Of a DNA stretch of 64,000 bases, positions 8,630-21,987 are shown piece by piece; positions within the stretch are counted from its first letter, which is position 1; each line of letters begins with the position of its first letter. A program made the position numbers and the translations under genes. Under the pieces are notes generated by a model. The model searched no databases. It had not been told where the DNA came from and saw nothing but the letters and a program-made list of their open reading frames with translations. Origin of the DNA: an uncultured Nitrospiraceae bacterium (GTDB lineage: Bacteria; Nitrospirota; Thermodesulfovibrionia; Thermodesulfovibrionales; UBA6898); the NCBI GenBank assembly GCA_964461065.1, contig CAYWRK010000012.1, positions 6,723 to 70,722 on the forward strand, read 5' to 3'.

Positions 8630-10198
8630 ATGTTTGACAGAAAACTGAAAATATATCAACAGATCATCGAACAGATGGCAGATGGGGTCTGTCTTATAAC
8701 ACTCGATGGCAAGATTGCGTATTGGAACAAAGGGGCAGAGGTCATAACCGGCTGGTCTGCTCTCGAACTGTTAGGGAAATCCTGTCATGATGAGGTGATC
8801 AGGTTTGAAGATGCAGAGGGGAACGCCCTCTGTGACCTTATCTCTTCCGTTGCTGCGACGGATGAGCCGCGCCGCATGAATATTTTTCTGAGGATCAGAA
8901 ATGGCAGCAGGGCCCTTATGGAAGGCACGATTTCTCGAATGTTCAGGGAGGGAAAGCCGGAGCGCAGTATTATCACCTTCAGGGACATTTCGCAGTTTGC
9001 AGCGCTCAGACCATTTCAGCTTAAGACTCAGAAACTCGATCGCCTGATCCCAATCTGCGGATGGTGCAAAAAGATTCGGCATGATGATCAAACGTGGGAG
9101 CAGCTTGAGGCCTATCTCACGGAGCAGGGCTTCGGTGATTTCACGCACTCTATCTGTCCTGTCTGCGCAGAGAAGATATTCTCGAAACGCATTTATCTTG
9201 AGAGCTACCAGAATATCTGCAAGGCGATCAGCACCAGTCTTTCGGTTGAGGAGGTGCTGAATCTCATTGTTACCCATGTTGTAAAGGTTATGAACATGAA
9301 GGCAAGTCTCGTGAGGCTTATTAACAGAGAAAAAAACCAACTCGAAATTGCTGCCCATTGCGGTTTGAGCGAAAGCTATGTAAATAAAGGCCCTGTTGAG
9401 TATGACCGGTCCATTGACGATGCCCTCGCAGGAAAGCCTGTCTCGATCTACGACATTACAGAAGACCGGTCATCAAAATACCGGCAGGAGGCGGAGAAGG
9501 AAGGCATTCGTACGATTCTTTCGATACCGCTCAGGTTCAAGGATGAAGTAATCGGCGTACTCAGAATGTACACTGCAGAACCTCTGGATTATTCTGAGGA
9601 AGACCTGAAGTTTCTTGCTGCAATTGCCGAGCAGGCTGCTATTGCGATCATGAATGCCCGCCATTTTGAAAAAAGCGTCTCTCGCGAGCGCGAATATCTC
9701 GATATCTTCAAAGCCGTAACGAAAACGATCAGTTCAACGCTTAATGTGAAAGAGGTCCTGTTCACGGTTGTCAGGATGATCCCTGCGGTCATGCGGCTGA
9801 AGGCAGCGACCATACGACTCCTTGACGACTCTGGCCAGAAACTGGTACTGGAGGCGTCTCACGGCCTGTCAGAGCAATATCTGAGAAGGGGGCCTGTTGA
9901 TACTGAGGAGAACATCCGGGAGGCATTAAACGAAAAGCCTGTTGCGATCTATGATGTTATGACTGACCAGCGGATTACCTATAAGAAAGAGACAGAGGCA
10001 GAGGGGATTAAGAGCGTCCTTGCACTTCCCATCATTGCCAAAGGAAAGGTGATCGGTGTACTCAGACTGCTTACCAATGTGCACAGGACCTTCAGTCAGG
10101 ACGAGATCGATTTTACAATGGCCCTTGCAGAGCAGTGTGGCATTGCTATCGAAAACGCACGGATGTATGAAAAACTCCATACTGCAAATATGCAGTAA
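8630..10198 (+). CDS. PAS - Cys/His-rich module - GAF - GAF sensory protein with no recognisable output domain
   Basis: N-terminal PAS (DGKIAYWNKGAEVITGW). CGWCKKIRHDD...HSICPVC motif. Two GAF-like repeats, each ending ...IGVLR(M/L)... Confidence 0.8.
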   Translation: MFDRKLKIYQQIIEQMADGVCLITLDGKIAYWNKGAEVITGWSALELLGKSCHDEVIRFEDAEGNALCDLISSVAATDEPRRMNIFLRIRNGSRALMEGTISRMFREGKPERSIITFRDISQFAALRPFQLKTQKLDRLIPICGWCKKIRHDDQTWEQLEAYLTEQGFGDFTHSICPVCAEKIFSKRIYLESYQNICKAISTSLSVEEVLNLIVTHVVKVMNMKASLVRLINREKNQLEIAAHCGLSESYVNKGPVEYDRSIDDALAGKPVSIYDITEDRSSKYRQEAEKEGIRTILSIPLRFKDEVIGVLRMYTAEPLDYSEEDLKFLAAIAEQAAIAIMNARHFEKSVSREREYLDIFKAVTKTISSTLNVKEVLFTVVRMIPAVMRLKAATIRLLDDSGQKLVLEASHGLSEQYLRRGPVDTEENIREALNEKPVAIYDVMTDQRITYKKETEAEGIKSVLALPIIAKGKVIGVLRLLTNVHRTFSQDEIDFTMALAEQCGIAIENARMYEKLHTANMQ

Positions 10199-10228
10199 CG
10201 TTGTCGCTAATCTCTCAGATTCAAAAAA

Positions 10229-12352
10229 CTACACCTTAACCTTCCAGACAGTACCTTCCTTCTTGTCTTCAAGTACCACCCCTTTATCTTCAAGCTCCCT
10301 GCGGATTGCATCAGCTGCAGCCCAATCCTTGCTGCCCCGGACTTTCTGCCGCTCCTCAATCTTTGATGCAATGAACTCCTCAGTCACATTCGGGCACTTG
10401 AACCGCATCAGCGCTTTGTTCCATTCTTCAGGTATGCGGCTGAAAATATTGAGAATACCTCCGGCCTCTTTAAGGAGTCCTTCGGTCCTTTTTACAAGAG
10501 CTGCTGCCCTTGAACCAGAGGGTTTGCCATCGAGATATTTATTCAGCATACGGATCAGTTCGAAGATATTTCCGATTGCAAGTGCAGTATTAAAGTCATC
10601 GTCCATCGCCTCTGTAAATCTATCCTTGAATTTATCCAACATCTCCTCGAATGCCTTCTCTTCTGAACCTGCCTTTTCCTTTGCATTATCCTGTACAAGA
10701 AAATCACGCACACGGAGAGCCGTGGTGTAGTAACGGTCAATGGATACCTCGGCCTCTTTCAGTTGTTCATCCGAAAACTCGATAGGGCTGCGGTAGTGGG
10801 TTGAAAGCAGAAAGAACCTCACCGGTTCCGCATCAAACTTTGAAAGAATTTCCTTAATGGTAAAGAAGTTGCCGAGAGACTTTGACATCTTCTCCTTATC
10901 TACGGTGATGAAGCCATTATGCACCCAGTATTTTGCAAAGGGTTTGCCGGTAAATGCCTCTGACTGGGCAATCTCATTTTCGTGATGCGGGAATGTCAGA
11001 TCAGCCCCTCCGCCGTGGATATCGAACGTATTGCCAAGATGCTTTCGTGACATGGCTGAACACTCGATATGCCAGCCTGGCCTGCCTGAGCCCCAGGGGC
11101 TGTCCCAGGAAGGCTCTCCTTCTTTTGATGCCTTCCATAGGGCGAAATCCATAGGATTTCGCTTGCGCTCATTAACATCAACCCGAGCACCTGCAATCAT
11201 GTCGTCAAGGTCACGTTTTGAAAGCTTTCCATAATCACTAAACGTATCGATCTGAAAATAGACATCTCCACCAACAGCATAGGCGTACCCTTTGTCCACA
11301 AGGCCCCTGGTAATGTCGATGATCTCCTGAATATGCTCGGTTGCCTTTGGCTCAATATCAGCCCTGTCCACACCGAGTTGATCCATGTCCTGATAATATT
11401 CAGCGATATATTTTTCTGCCACCTCGTTCCAGGCAATGCCCTCCTGTTTCGCCCTGTTGATAATCTTATCGTCGATATCCGTGAAATTCTTCACAAACGT
11501 AACATGGTATCCCCTGAACGCAAGATACCGGCGCATGATATCAAAAACGATGGAACTCCGCGCATGACCAATATGGCAATGGTCATAAACGGTTATACCA
11601 CAAACATACATTTTTACCTGTCCCGGCGCTACAGGAACAAAATCCTCTTTCTTGCCGCTCAGGGTATTATATAGCCTCATTCTGCCTCCTTTTTGCACAG
11701 CACTTTCAGGAGCCTCAATTTTTCTGGCAATCTCCGAGATACGCGCCTCAAGCTCCTTAATCTTTTCGTTCGTCGGGTCCGGGAAATAGTCCATCACCTC
11801 GACAAGCCCGTCTTCAGTCGTCATCCTTGTGATCTTCTTTCTTGTAATTCTGCCCGGTACTCCTACACATATGGCACTGTCAGGCACAGGCTTCAGAATC
11901 ACGGAGTTGGCGCCGATTACAGCGTTATTGCCGATTGTTATCGCGCCCAGTATCTTGGCTCCTGCGCCAATAGTCACATTATTGCCAAGTGTCGGATGAC
12001 GCTTGCCCTTTTCCTTGCCTGTGCCGCCAAGGGTCACTCCCTGGTAAAGAAGGCAGTCTTCTCCGATCTCTGAGGTTTCGCCTATTACGACACCCATGCC
12101 ATGGTCTATAAAAAACCCCATGCCTATCTTTGCTGCCGGGTGGATCTCTATCCCGGTGAGCATTCGCGCAGCATGAGAAAGAAGTCTGGGGAGGACTGGG
12201 ATGCCGGCGTTCCAGAGAATATGGTTAATCCTATGGATAACAATAGCATGGAATCCGGGATAGGCAACGATGACCTCGAGAGCGTTTCGCGCCGCAGGAT
12301 CTCTCTCGAAAACTGCCCTATAGTCCTGCTTTATTTCCCTCCAGAAGCCCAT
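10229..12352 (-). CDS. cysS: Serine O-acetyltransferase (CysE) fused in frame to cysteinyl-tRNA synthetase (CysS)
   Basis: Residues 1-175 are hexapeptide-repeat CysE (IHPAAKIGMGFFIDHGMGVVIGE). From M225 the protein is class I CysRS (MYVCGITVYDHCHIGHARS; KMSKSLGN). No stop codon separates the two parts. Confidence 0.85.
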   Translation of the reverse strand: MGFWREIKQDYRAVFERDPAARNALEVIVAYPGFHAIVIHRINHILWNAGIPVLPRLLSHAARMLTGIEIHPAAKIGMGFFIDHGMGVVIGETSEIGEDCLLYQGVTLGGTGKEKGKRHPTLGNNVTIGAGAKILGAITIGNNAVIGANSVILKPVPDSAICVGVPGRITRKKITRMTTEDGLVEVMDYFPDPTNEKIKELEARISEIARKIEAPESAVQKGGRMRLYNTLSGKKEDFVPVAPGQVKMYVCGITVYDHCHIGHARSSIVFDIMRRYLAFRGYHVTFVKNFTDIDDKIINRAKQEGIAWNEVAEKYIAEYYQDMDQLGVDRADIEPKATEHIQEIIDITRGLVDKGYAYAVGGDVYFQIDTFSDYGKLSKRDLDDMIAGARVDVNERKRNPMDFALWKASKEGEPSWDSPWGSGRPGWHIECSAMSRKHLGNTFDIHGGGADLTFPHHENEIAQSEAFTGKPFAKYWVHNGFITVDKEKMSKSLGNFFTIKEILSKFDAEPVRFFLLSTHYRSPIEFSDEQLKEAEVSIDRYYTTALRVRDFLVQDNAKEKAGSEEKAFEEMLDKFKDRFTEAMDDDFNTALAIGNIFELIRMLNKYLDGKPSGSRAAALVKRTEGLLKEAGGILNIFSRIPEEWNKALMRFKCPNVTEEFIASKIEERQKVRGSKDWAAADAIRRELEDKGVVLEDKKEGTVWKVKV

Positions 12353-12389
12353 GTTTAGAGCCTATTATACATAAAAAGCAGAACCAACT

Positions 12390-12803
12390 GTGCTATTATT
12401 CTTCATGCAGATCAGCCCACAATCAGACCTTCAGCAGATGATCGCAGATTATATGGAGAACGGGTTTTTAGACAACATCATTGATATGTTCAGGCATGAC
12501 AGCTCGCTTTATGATCTTATTGGCACATTGATACAAGATGAACGAGTCAGAGTAAGAATCGGCATTACCGCACTGATGGAAGAACTGAAGAGGCTTGATC
12601 CTGCCAATATCATTTGCGCCAAGAAAAACCTTCTGCCGCTTCTTGCTCACACCGATGCGGTTGTGCGGGGTGATGCAGCAAACCTTATCGGCATTATCGG
12701 CGACAGGGAATCGCTTCCTTTTCTTGAACCTTGCCTGCTGGATACGCATGAGGGCGTCAGGATCATTGCCCAGGAAGCTATTGCCCAGATGCGAACTCAA
12801 TAG
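12390..12803 (+). CDS. HEAT-repeat protein
   Basis: Repeated helical DxxVRxxAAxxLGxIG-like units (DAVVRGDAANLIGIIGD, HEGVRIIAQEAI). The start is uncertain: GTG at 12390 or ATG at 12405. Confidence 0.55.
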   Translation: MLLFFMQISPQSDLQQMIADYMENGFLDNIIDMFRHDSSLYDLIGTLIQDERVRVRIGITALMEELKRLDPANIICAKKNLLPLLAHTDAVVRGDAANLIGIIGDRESLPFLEPCLLDTHEGVRIIAQEAIAQMRTQ

Positions 12804-12827
12804 AAATTTCTTTGTTGCGGGGTAATT

Positions 12828-13406
12828 ATGAAACGTATAGCAAATTTTCTCTTTGAAGCCGGCATGCTCAAGCGCACACCAAGGACCGGTTTCCAGTTCC
12901 TGGGATCCGGCTCCGAGTCAGTTGCGGAACATATATTCAGGACTGCGTACATAGGCTTTGCTCTCGCCCATCTTGCAAAGGATGTGGACAATGATAAGCT
13001 GCTCAAGATGTGCCTGTTTCACGATCTACCTGAGGCCAGGACAGGGGATCTGAATTATGTGAACAAGAAATACGTGAAGGCTGACGAGGAAAAAGCTGTC
13101 AATGATCTTGCAGACACGCTTCCTTTTGGTGATGAGATCAGGGACTTGATATTCGAGTTCATGAAGGGCGAGAGCCTGGAAGCACAATTAGCCTATGACG
13201 CTGATCAGCTCGAAATGATAGTGGCCCTCAAGGAACATAAAGATCTCGGCAATACGTATGCAGATGAATGGCTCAACTTTGCTCTCAAAAGACTGAAAAC
13301 GGATATTGCCCGGGAACTTGCCAATACCATCCTCGAAACAGATTCGTCCCTCTGGTGGTTTTCGGATAAGAGCGACTGGTGGGTGAAGGGGAAGAAAGAA
13401 ACATAA
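12828..13406 (+). CDS. HD-domain phosphohydrolase (YfbR-like 5'-deoxynucleotidase family)
   Basis: ESVAEH...LFHDLPEARTGDL...D metal-binding signature. Confidence 0.8.
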   Translation: MKRIANFLFEAGMLKRTPRTGFQFLGSGSESVAEHIFRTAYIGFALAHLAKDVDNDKLLKMCLFHDLPEARTGDLNYVNKKYVKADEEKAVNDLADTLPFGDEIRDLIFEFMKGESLEAQLAYDADQLEMIVALKEHKDLGNTYADEWLNFALKRLKTDIARELANTILETDSSLWWFSDKSDWWVKGKKET

Positions 13407-13424
13407 GAACTTTTTGTCATATAC

Positions 13425-13904
13425 TTATCCCTTTCCCTCCTTCTCAAGCAGGCAGACGACATGCGCAGCAATACCTTCCCCCCGGCCGATAAATCCCATG
13501 CCCTCGTTAGTCTTTGCCTTGATATTGATCTGTCCTGCCGGGATACCGGTCAGGGATAATGCAGCCTTCATCCTTTCGATAAAGGGCGCGAGCTTCGGCT
13601 TTTCAGCAATAATAGTTGAGTCGATCCATGCAACAGCGTACCCACTCATTCTTGCCAGCTCAACGATAGTCTTCAGCAGTTCGATACTCACAGCATCTTT
13701 CCATTTTGGATCCGTGTCAGGGAAATGGGTCCCTATATCTCCGAGGCCAAGTGCACCGATGATTGCATCGGTAATAGCATGACAGAGCACATCAGCATCA
13801 GAATGGCCGACCAAACCCTTTTCATGAGGTATTTCGACTCCGCCGACGATAAGCTTCCTGCCTTCCGCAAAGCGGTGAGAGTCATATCCCGTGCCAATCC
13901 TCAT
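13425..13904 (-). CDS. ispF: 2-C-methyl-D-erythritol 2,4-cyclodiphosphate synthase
   Basis: MRIGTGYDSHRF...GHSDADV motifs and about 159 aa. 4-nt overlap with ispD. Confidence 0.95.
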   Translation of the reverse strand: MRIGTGYDSHRFAEGRKLIVGGVEIPHEKGLVGHSDADVLCHAITDAIIGALGLGDIGTHFPDTDPKWKDAVSIELLKTIVELARMSGYAVAWIDSTIIAEKPKLAPFIERMKAALSLTGIPAGQINIKAKTNEGMGFIGRGEGIAAHVVCLLEKEGKG

Positions 13905-14599
13905 TGGTGCTCAGTCCGCATTTTGAGAAATGCTTCAGCGATCACGAGGTCTTCTGGTGTTGTAATCTTGATATTCGTATATTCCCCTATTATCACTCGT
14001 ATACGGCCACCATTTTTCTCAACGAGAGCAGCATCATCAGTTGCATAAAAAGATTCCTTCATTGCCCTTTCATAGGCAGCAAGGAGCGGTTGATAGAAAA
14101 AAATCTGGGGGGTCTGTATCGCAATGAGCGTATCCCGATTCAATGTCTTTCGTATCAATGCTCCTTCGACCTCTTTTATCGTATCTTTTGGTGGCACACC
14201 GATTACGACACCGTCATATCCTGATAGTGCCTTCAGAGCTCTTCTTGCGGTCTTGGGTTCAAGGAAAGGTCTTGCCCCATCATGGATAAGGACAATTGAG
14301 CCTTCGTCTTTTATGAAATGAAGTCCGTTAAAAACAGAATCCTGCCGTTCCTTTCCTCCCGGCACTATGCGCTTCACCTTCGTGATCTTATAGTGTTTAA
14401 AGAGTTCTGTACCTGCCTGCATGTCAGTCTCCTTAAGCACAGGGATGATCTCAGAGATTTCAGACATCTTCTCAAGGGTTTCGAGGGCCCATATCAAAAC
14501 CGGCTTGTTGCCCAAGGTTTCAAAGGGCTTGTTTCTGTTCTCCCCGAACCTTCTTCCTAGTCCTGCAGAAGGAACAATAGCCACTACGTTATGCTGCAC
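13901..14599 (-). CDS. ispD: 2-C-methyl-D-erythritol 4-phosphate cytidylyltransferase
   Basis: N-terminal AIVPSAGLGRRFG motif. Operonic with ispF. Confidence 0.95.
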   Translation of the reverse strand: MQHNVVAIVPSAGLGRRFGENRNKPFETLGNKPVLIWALETLEKMSEISEIIPVLKETDMQAGTELFKHYKITKVKRIVPGGKERQDSVFNGLHFIKDEGSIVLIHDGARPFLEPKTARRALKALSGYDGVVIGVPPKDTIKEVEGALIRKTLNRDTLIAIQTPQIFFYQPLLAAYERAMKESFYATDDAALVEKNGGRIRVIIGEYTNIKITTPEDLVIAEAFLKMRTEHQ

Positions 14600-14635
14600 G
14601 GATTCACCTATTACCCTATTCTCTATTTTTCTGTC

Positions 14636-16105
14636 TTAAGAGGATTTGATCGTCACGTAGTACTTTTTCCCGCCCCTGTTGACGAAAAGGAGGGCTGCAT
14701 CTCCCGGTTTCACGCTGGACACAGCCTTATTGTAGTCGCTCAGTCCTTCGATACGCTTTCTGTCAATCTCCTGAATTACATCTCCTTTGCGAATGCCTGC
14801 CTCTTCAGCAGGACTTCCTGCTTCAACCCGAACAACAACAACACCTTTCTCATCCTTATGGAGGCCAAGCTGCCGGGCAATCTCCCTGGTGAGATCCATG
14901 GCGGTCAGTCCTGAGAGCCCTTCTAACACTGAATCTTCAGGTGCGTTTCCCGGAGTTGTCTCAACAATATCTTTTGGCAGTTCTATAATCACTACCTTAA
15001 CGGCATATTCCTTGCCACCCCGCAGGATAGTGATTGGTATTTCGCTGCCGACCTTGCTCTGGGCGACCATATTCCGGAGAGTCCCCACATCAGATATCTT
15101 TTTGCCGTTATATTCAAGGATGATGTCGCCCCTTTTCATGCCAGATTTTTCAGCAGGGCTTCCTTTGGCAACATCTCCTACAAGTGCACCCTTCTCGCTC
15201 TTTAAGCCGAACTTCTGTGAAAGCTCAGGCGTCAGTTCCTGGATCGTCACACCGAGCCAACCCCGCGTAACCTTCCCCTTATCAACAAGCTGGTTCATCA
15301 CAAGACGGGTCATGTTGCTCGGCACGGCAAATCCAATGCCCTGGTACCCGCCGGATCGAGAAAAAATTGCCGTATTGACACCGATGAGTTCACCCTTGAT
15401 ATTCACAAGCGGGCCGCCTGAATTTCCAGGGTTGATGGCCGCATCCGTCTGGATAAAGTCCTCATAATCGGCTATCCCGACATTGGCCCTTCCCACCGCA
15501 CTTATGATTCCCATAGTAACCGTATGGCTCAGACCATAGGGATTTCCGATTGCAAGCACGAATTCACCCACCTGCAGTTTGTCCGAGTCTCCCCATTGCG
15601 CAGCCCTGAGATTGTCTGCCTCGATCTTCACGATAGCGATGTCCGTCTTCGTGTCCGCGCCGATAATCCTTGCCTTGAATGAACGCTTGTCAAAAAGCGT
15701 TACCCTGATCTCGTCTGCCTGCTCAACAACATGATTATTGGTGATAATATAACCGTCTGTGCTTACGATAACCCCTGATCCCAGGCTCTGCTCTTTCCAT
15801 TTTTTTGGCATCTTAAAATTGCGGAAGGGGTTCAAAAGGTCAAAAAAGGGATCTTCAGCCGATGGACCTGCCTCTCTCTTCATAACCTTTGTCGTAGATA
15901 TGTTTACGACAGAAGGTGAAATAGAACCCGCAATCTCTGAAAATGCCTTGCTCGTGTCGATGATCTGACGCGGCACATTCGGCGTGGTAAAGGAAGCGTA
16001 TCCCTTGTGAGTGCCAGTTACTTTCTCAAGGAAATAGAATGAAACTCCACCGATAAGAATGCCGATGAGCAGGAAAAGAACTATGACGCCTATTTTATTC
16101 TTCAT
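14636..16105 (-). CDS. htrA: Periplasmic serine endoprotease DegP/HtrA with two PDZ domains
   Basis: Signal anchor. Catalytic triad contexts TNNHVV, DIAIVK and GNSGGPL. Two PDZ-like repeats. Confidence 0.95.
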   Translation of the reverse strand: MKNKIGVIVLFLLIGILIGGVSFYFLEKVTGTHKGYASFTTPNVPRQIIDTSKAFSEIAGSISPSVVNISTTKVMKREAGPSAEDPFFDLLNPFRNFKMPKKWKEQSLGSGVIVSTDGYIITNNHVVEQADEIRVTLFDKRSFKARIIGADTKTDIAIVKIEADNLRAAQWGDSDKLQVGEFVLAIGNPYGLSHTVTMGIISAVGRANVGIADYEDFIQTDAAINPGNSGGPLVNIKGELIGVNTAIFSRSGGYQGIGFAVPSNMTRLVMNQLVDKGKVTRGWLGVTIQELTPELSQKFGLKSEKGALVGDVAKGSPAEKSGMKRGDIILEYNGKKISDVGTLRNMVAQSKVGSEIPITILRGGKEYAVKVVIIELPKDIVETTPGNAPEDSVLEGLSGLTAMDLTREIARQLGLHKDEKGVVVVRVEAGSPAEEAGIRKGDVIQEIDRKRIEGLSDYNKAVSSVKPGDAALLFVNRGGKKYYVTIKSS

Positions 16106-16292
16106 GGTTCATTAATTATAATAGTCTGCATGCATGATGTAAAGTGTCCATTCTTGACAAAAACCCTATTCTAATGCTAACTTTTAAAGCTCATAATACT
16201 TGGGAATCCAGGGGTTTGGATTACTTTTTGTCTTCTTTTCTGCCTGTTTCAGTCCCAAAATATATCCCTGTAGTTTACATTGGAGGTCTCTT

Positions 16293-17432
16293 ATGATGAA
16301 ACGCTACCTTTTGGCGCCGGGTCCAACGCCGGTTCCTCCGGAGGCCTTATTGGCCATGGCAATGCCGATTATTCATCACCGCGCCCCTGATTTCGTGCCG
16401 GTCCTCGAGTCAGCAAAAAAAGGGCTGCAGTGGCTTTACCAGACCAAAAATGACGTTCTGATTATCTGTTCAACCGGTACTGGCGGCATGGTAGGGTCGG
16501 TAAACAACTTCTTCACCCCCGGGGACAAGGCACTCGTTATCAATGCCGGAAATTTCGGGGAGCGCTGGACCAAGATCTGCAAGGCGTACAATCTTTCGGT
16601 AGAAGAGATCAAGATAGACTGGGGCTATACTGTAAAACCTGAAGATATTGAGGCCGCCCTGAAAAAAGACCCTTCAATAAAAGGTGTTTTTGTGCAGGCA
16701 TCTGAGACCTCCACCGGCGTGTATCATGACATTCAGGCTATAGCATCGGTGGTCAGGAAATATGACAACACTATCCTGGTTGTTGACGCCATCTCTGCGC
16801 TCGTTGCCCATGATCTGAAGATGGACGAATGGGGTATTGATGTGCTTATCGGCGGCTCCCAGAAGGGCCTCATGCTTCCGCCGGGCCTTGCTTTTGTCGG
16901 CGTCAGTGAAAAGGCTTGGAAGTTCGCAGAGACCTCAAAATCTCCAAAATTCTATTTTAATTTCACGGCCGAGCGGAAGAAGCTCAAAGACAACCAGACG
17001 AATTTCACTTCTCCGGTCTCTTTGATCATCGGCCTGAACGAATGCCTCAGACTGCTCCAGGCCGAAGGGCTTGAGAATGCGTTTAACCGTCATGCAAAGC
17101 TTGCCCATGCTACGCGTGAAGCAGTAAAGGCGATCGGCCTTGAGATGTACACCAAGGAGTCACCCAGCAATGCTGTCACCGCTATCTGCGCTCCCAAGGA
17201 CATTGACGGCCAGGAGATATACAAGAATCTGAGGGTTAAATATGGTATAACTGCAGCAGGCGGCCAGGGACAGGCAAAGGGCAAGATATTCAGGATTGCC
17301 CATCTCGGCTATGCAGGCACCTTTGATACTATCATCGCCATTGCAGGCGTCGAGATGGTGCTCAAAGGCATGGGATATCCCTTGAAACTCGGCACTGGGG
17401 TTGCAGTCGCCCAAGAATTATTAATGGTATAG
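16293..17432 (+). CDS. Class V aminotransferase (AGXT/SgaA type), probably phosphoserine aminotransferase by context
   Basis: LLAPGPTPVP N-terminus and PLP-Lys context GGSQKGLMLPPG. GGAGG lies 6 nt upstream of the ATG at 16293. It sits immediately upstream of serA. Confidence 0.85.
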   Translation: MMKRYLLAPGPTPVPPEALLAMAMPIIHHRAPDFVPVLESAKKGLQWLYQTKNDVLIICSTGTGGMVGSVNNFFTPGDKALVINAGNFGERWTKICKAYNLSVEEIKIDWGYTVKPEDIEAALKKDPSIKGVFVQASETSTGVYHDIQAIASVVRKYDNTILVVDAISALVAHDLKMDEWGIDVLIGGSQKGLMLPPGLAFVGVSEKAWKFAETSKSPKFYFNFTAERKKLKDNQTNFTSPVSLIIGLNECLRLLQAEGLENAFNRHAKLAHATREAVKAIGLEMYTKESPSNAVTAICAPKDIDGQEIYKNLRVKYGITAAGGQGQAKGKIFRIAHLGYAGTFDTIIAIAGVEMVLKGMGYPLKLGTGVAVAQELLMV

Positions 17433-17446
17433 GAGAGAAAACTCTA

Positions 17447-20888
<3,442 letters not shown>

Positions 20889-21700
20889 TTTCCGGTCTTG
20901 TTAATTTCGTATTTCCTTCTACATGTCCATCATGCAGCAAACCCACAGACAGCCTTGCGCATGCGCCATTCTGCGACCAATGCTGGGACAGCATAGAGCA
21001 ATATTCCGGACCGTCATGCCGGATCTGCGGCGTACACCTTGTTTCAGTGCATGCTGACCGATGTCAGACTTGTCTCGAATATCCTCCAGCATACACAAGG
21101 GCCCACGCGTTCACCCATTATGAAGGCCTCATTGCTTCCGCAATTCATCACTTCAAGTTTCTGGGTATCCGAAGACTTTCAAAGCCGCTTGCTGAGTTAT
21201 TGCTCTTTTATGATACTAAGGACATGGATGCAGTAGTCCCTGTGCCGCTCAGTCCGAGTGGTCTGAAAAGCAGAGGCTTCAACCAGGCTGTTCTCCTTGC
21301 CAGCCACGTGGCAAAGCAGAAGAAGCTTCCGTTGCTCATGGATGAGTTGAAAAAGATTGTGGATACGCCCCCGCAGGTAGGCCTCTCTGCAAAAGAGCGT
21401 GCTGTCAATGTGAAGAAGGCATTTTCCTGCAGAGGAACGGTTATGGGCATGAATCTGGTGCTGATCGACGATGTCATGACGACCGGCGCTACGGTCAACG
21501 CCTGCTCCAGGGAGCTCATCAGGGCGGGGGCGAAAAGCGTATCAGTGCTCACCCTTGCAAGGGCAGGGATGATATAAAGCCGTGAGGAGTCACGCACTTC
21601 AGCAGGTGCCTTAGCTTGAGCTTCTGGACAGAGTGGCAAAGGCTCTGAACCGCAAACTCGTTATTTCACTTCAACGGCAATAAATGCTTGCCAAGGGTGT

Positions 21701-21730
21701 TTGACCGGATGATGGGACTTCCTTTAGAAT
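21701..21730 (+). promoter_or_regulatory. Sigma70-like promoter candidate for tRNA-Leu
   Basis: TTGACC (21701-21706), an 18-nt spacer and TAGAAT (21725-21730). The -10 element ends 17 nt before the mature tRNA 5' end. Confidence 0.4.
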
Positions 21731-21747
21731 TAATACCTGCACACCGT

Positions 21748-21834
21748 GCCGGTGTGGTGGAACTGGCAGACGCGCCGGACTCAAAATCCGGTTCCCGCAA
21801 GGGAGTGGGAGTTCGATTCTCCCCACCGGCACCA
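21748..21834 (+). tRNA. tRNA-Leu (anticodon CAA), CCA encoded
   Basis: 87 nt. Acceptor stem GCCGGTG/CACCGGC. Anticodon stem CCGGA/TCCGG with loop CTCAAAA. Long variable arm TCCC-GCAA-GGGA. T arm GGGAG-TTCGATT-CTCCC. Discriminator A plus CCA. Confidence 0.97.
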
Positions 21835-21987
21835 ATGATCCCTATCTGATAATATCCGCAGTAAAGGTGTAAAGCTTCGAATTGATGAAATCCTACCACA
21901 GCTGCACCGTTCGACTCACCAGTTGGCTCATCGGGGACTGCCTTGATTTGGCATCAGAAACAGCGTAGAATCTCCGGAGAAAGGAGA

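Noticed and set aside
16154-16182. TTGACA hexamer upstream of the aminotransferase gene as a promoter
   Set aside because: No acceptable -10 hexamer lies at 16-19 nt spacing.
21666-21899. 77-aa minus-strand ORF
   Set aside because: It overlaps the well-folded tRNA-Leu(CAA) on the plus strand, so it is an artefact.
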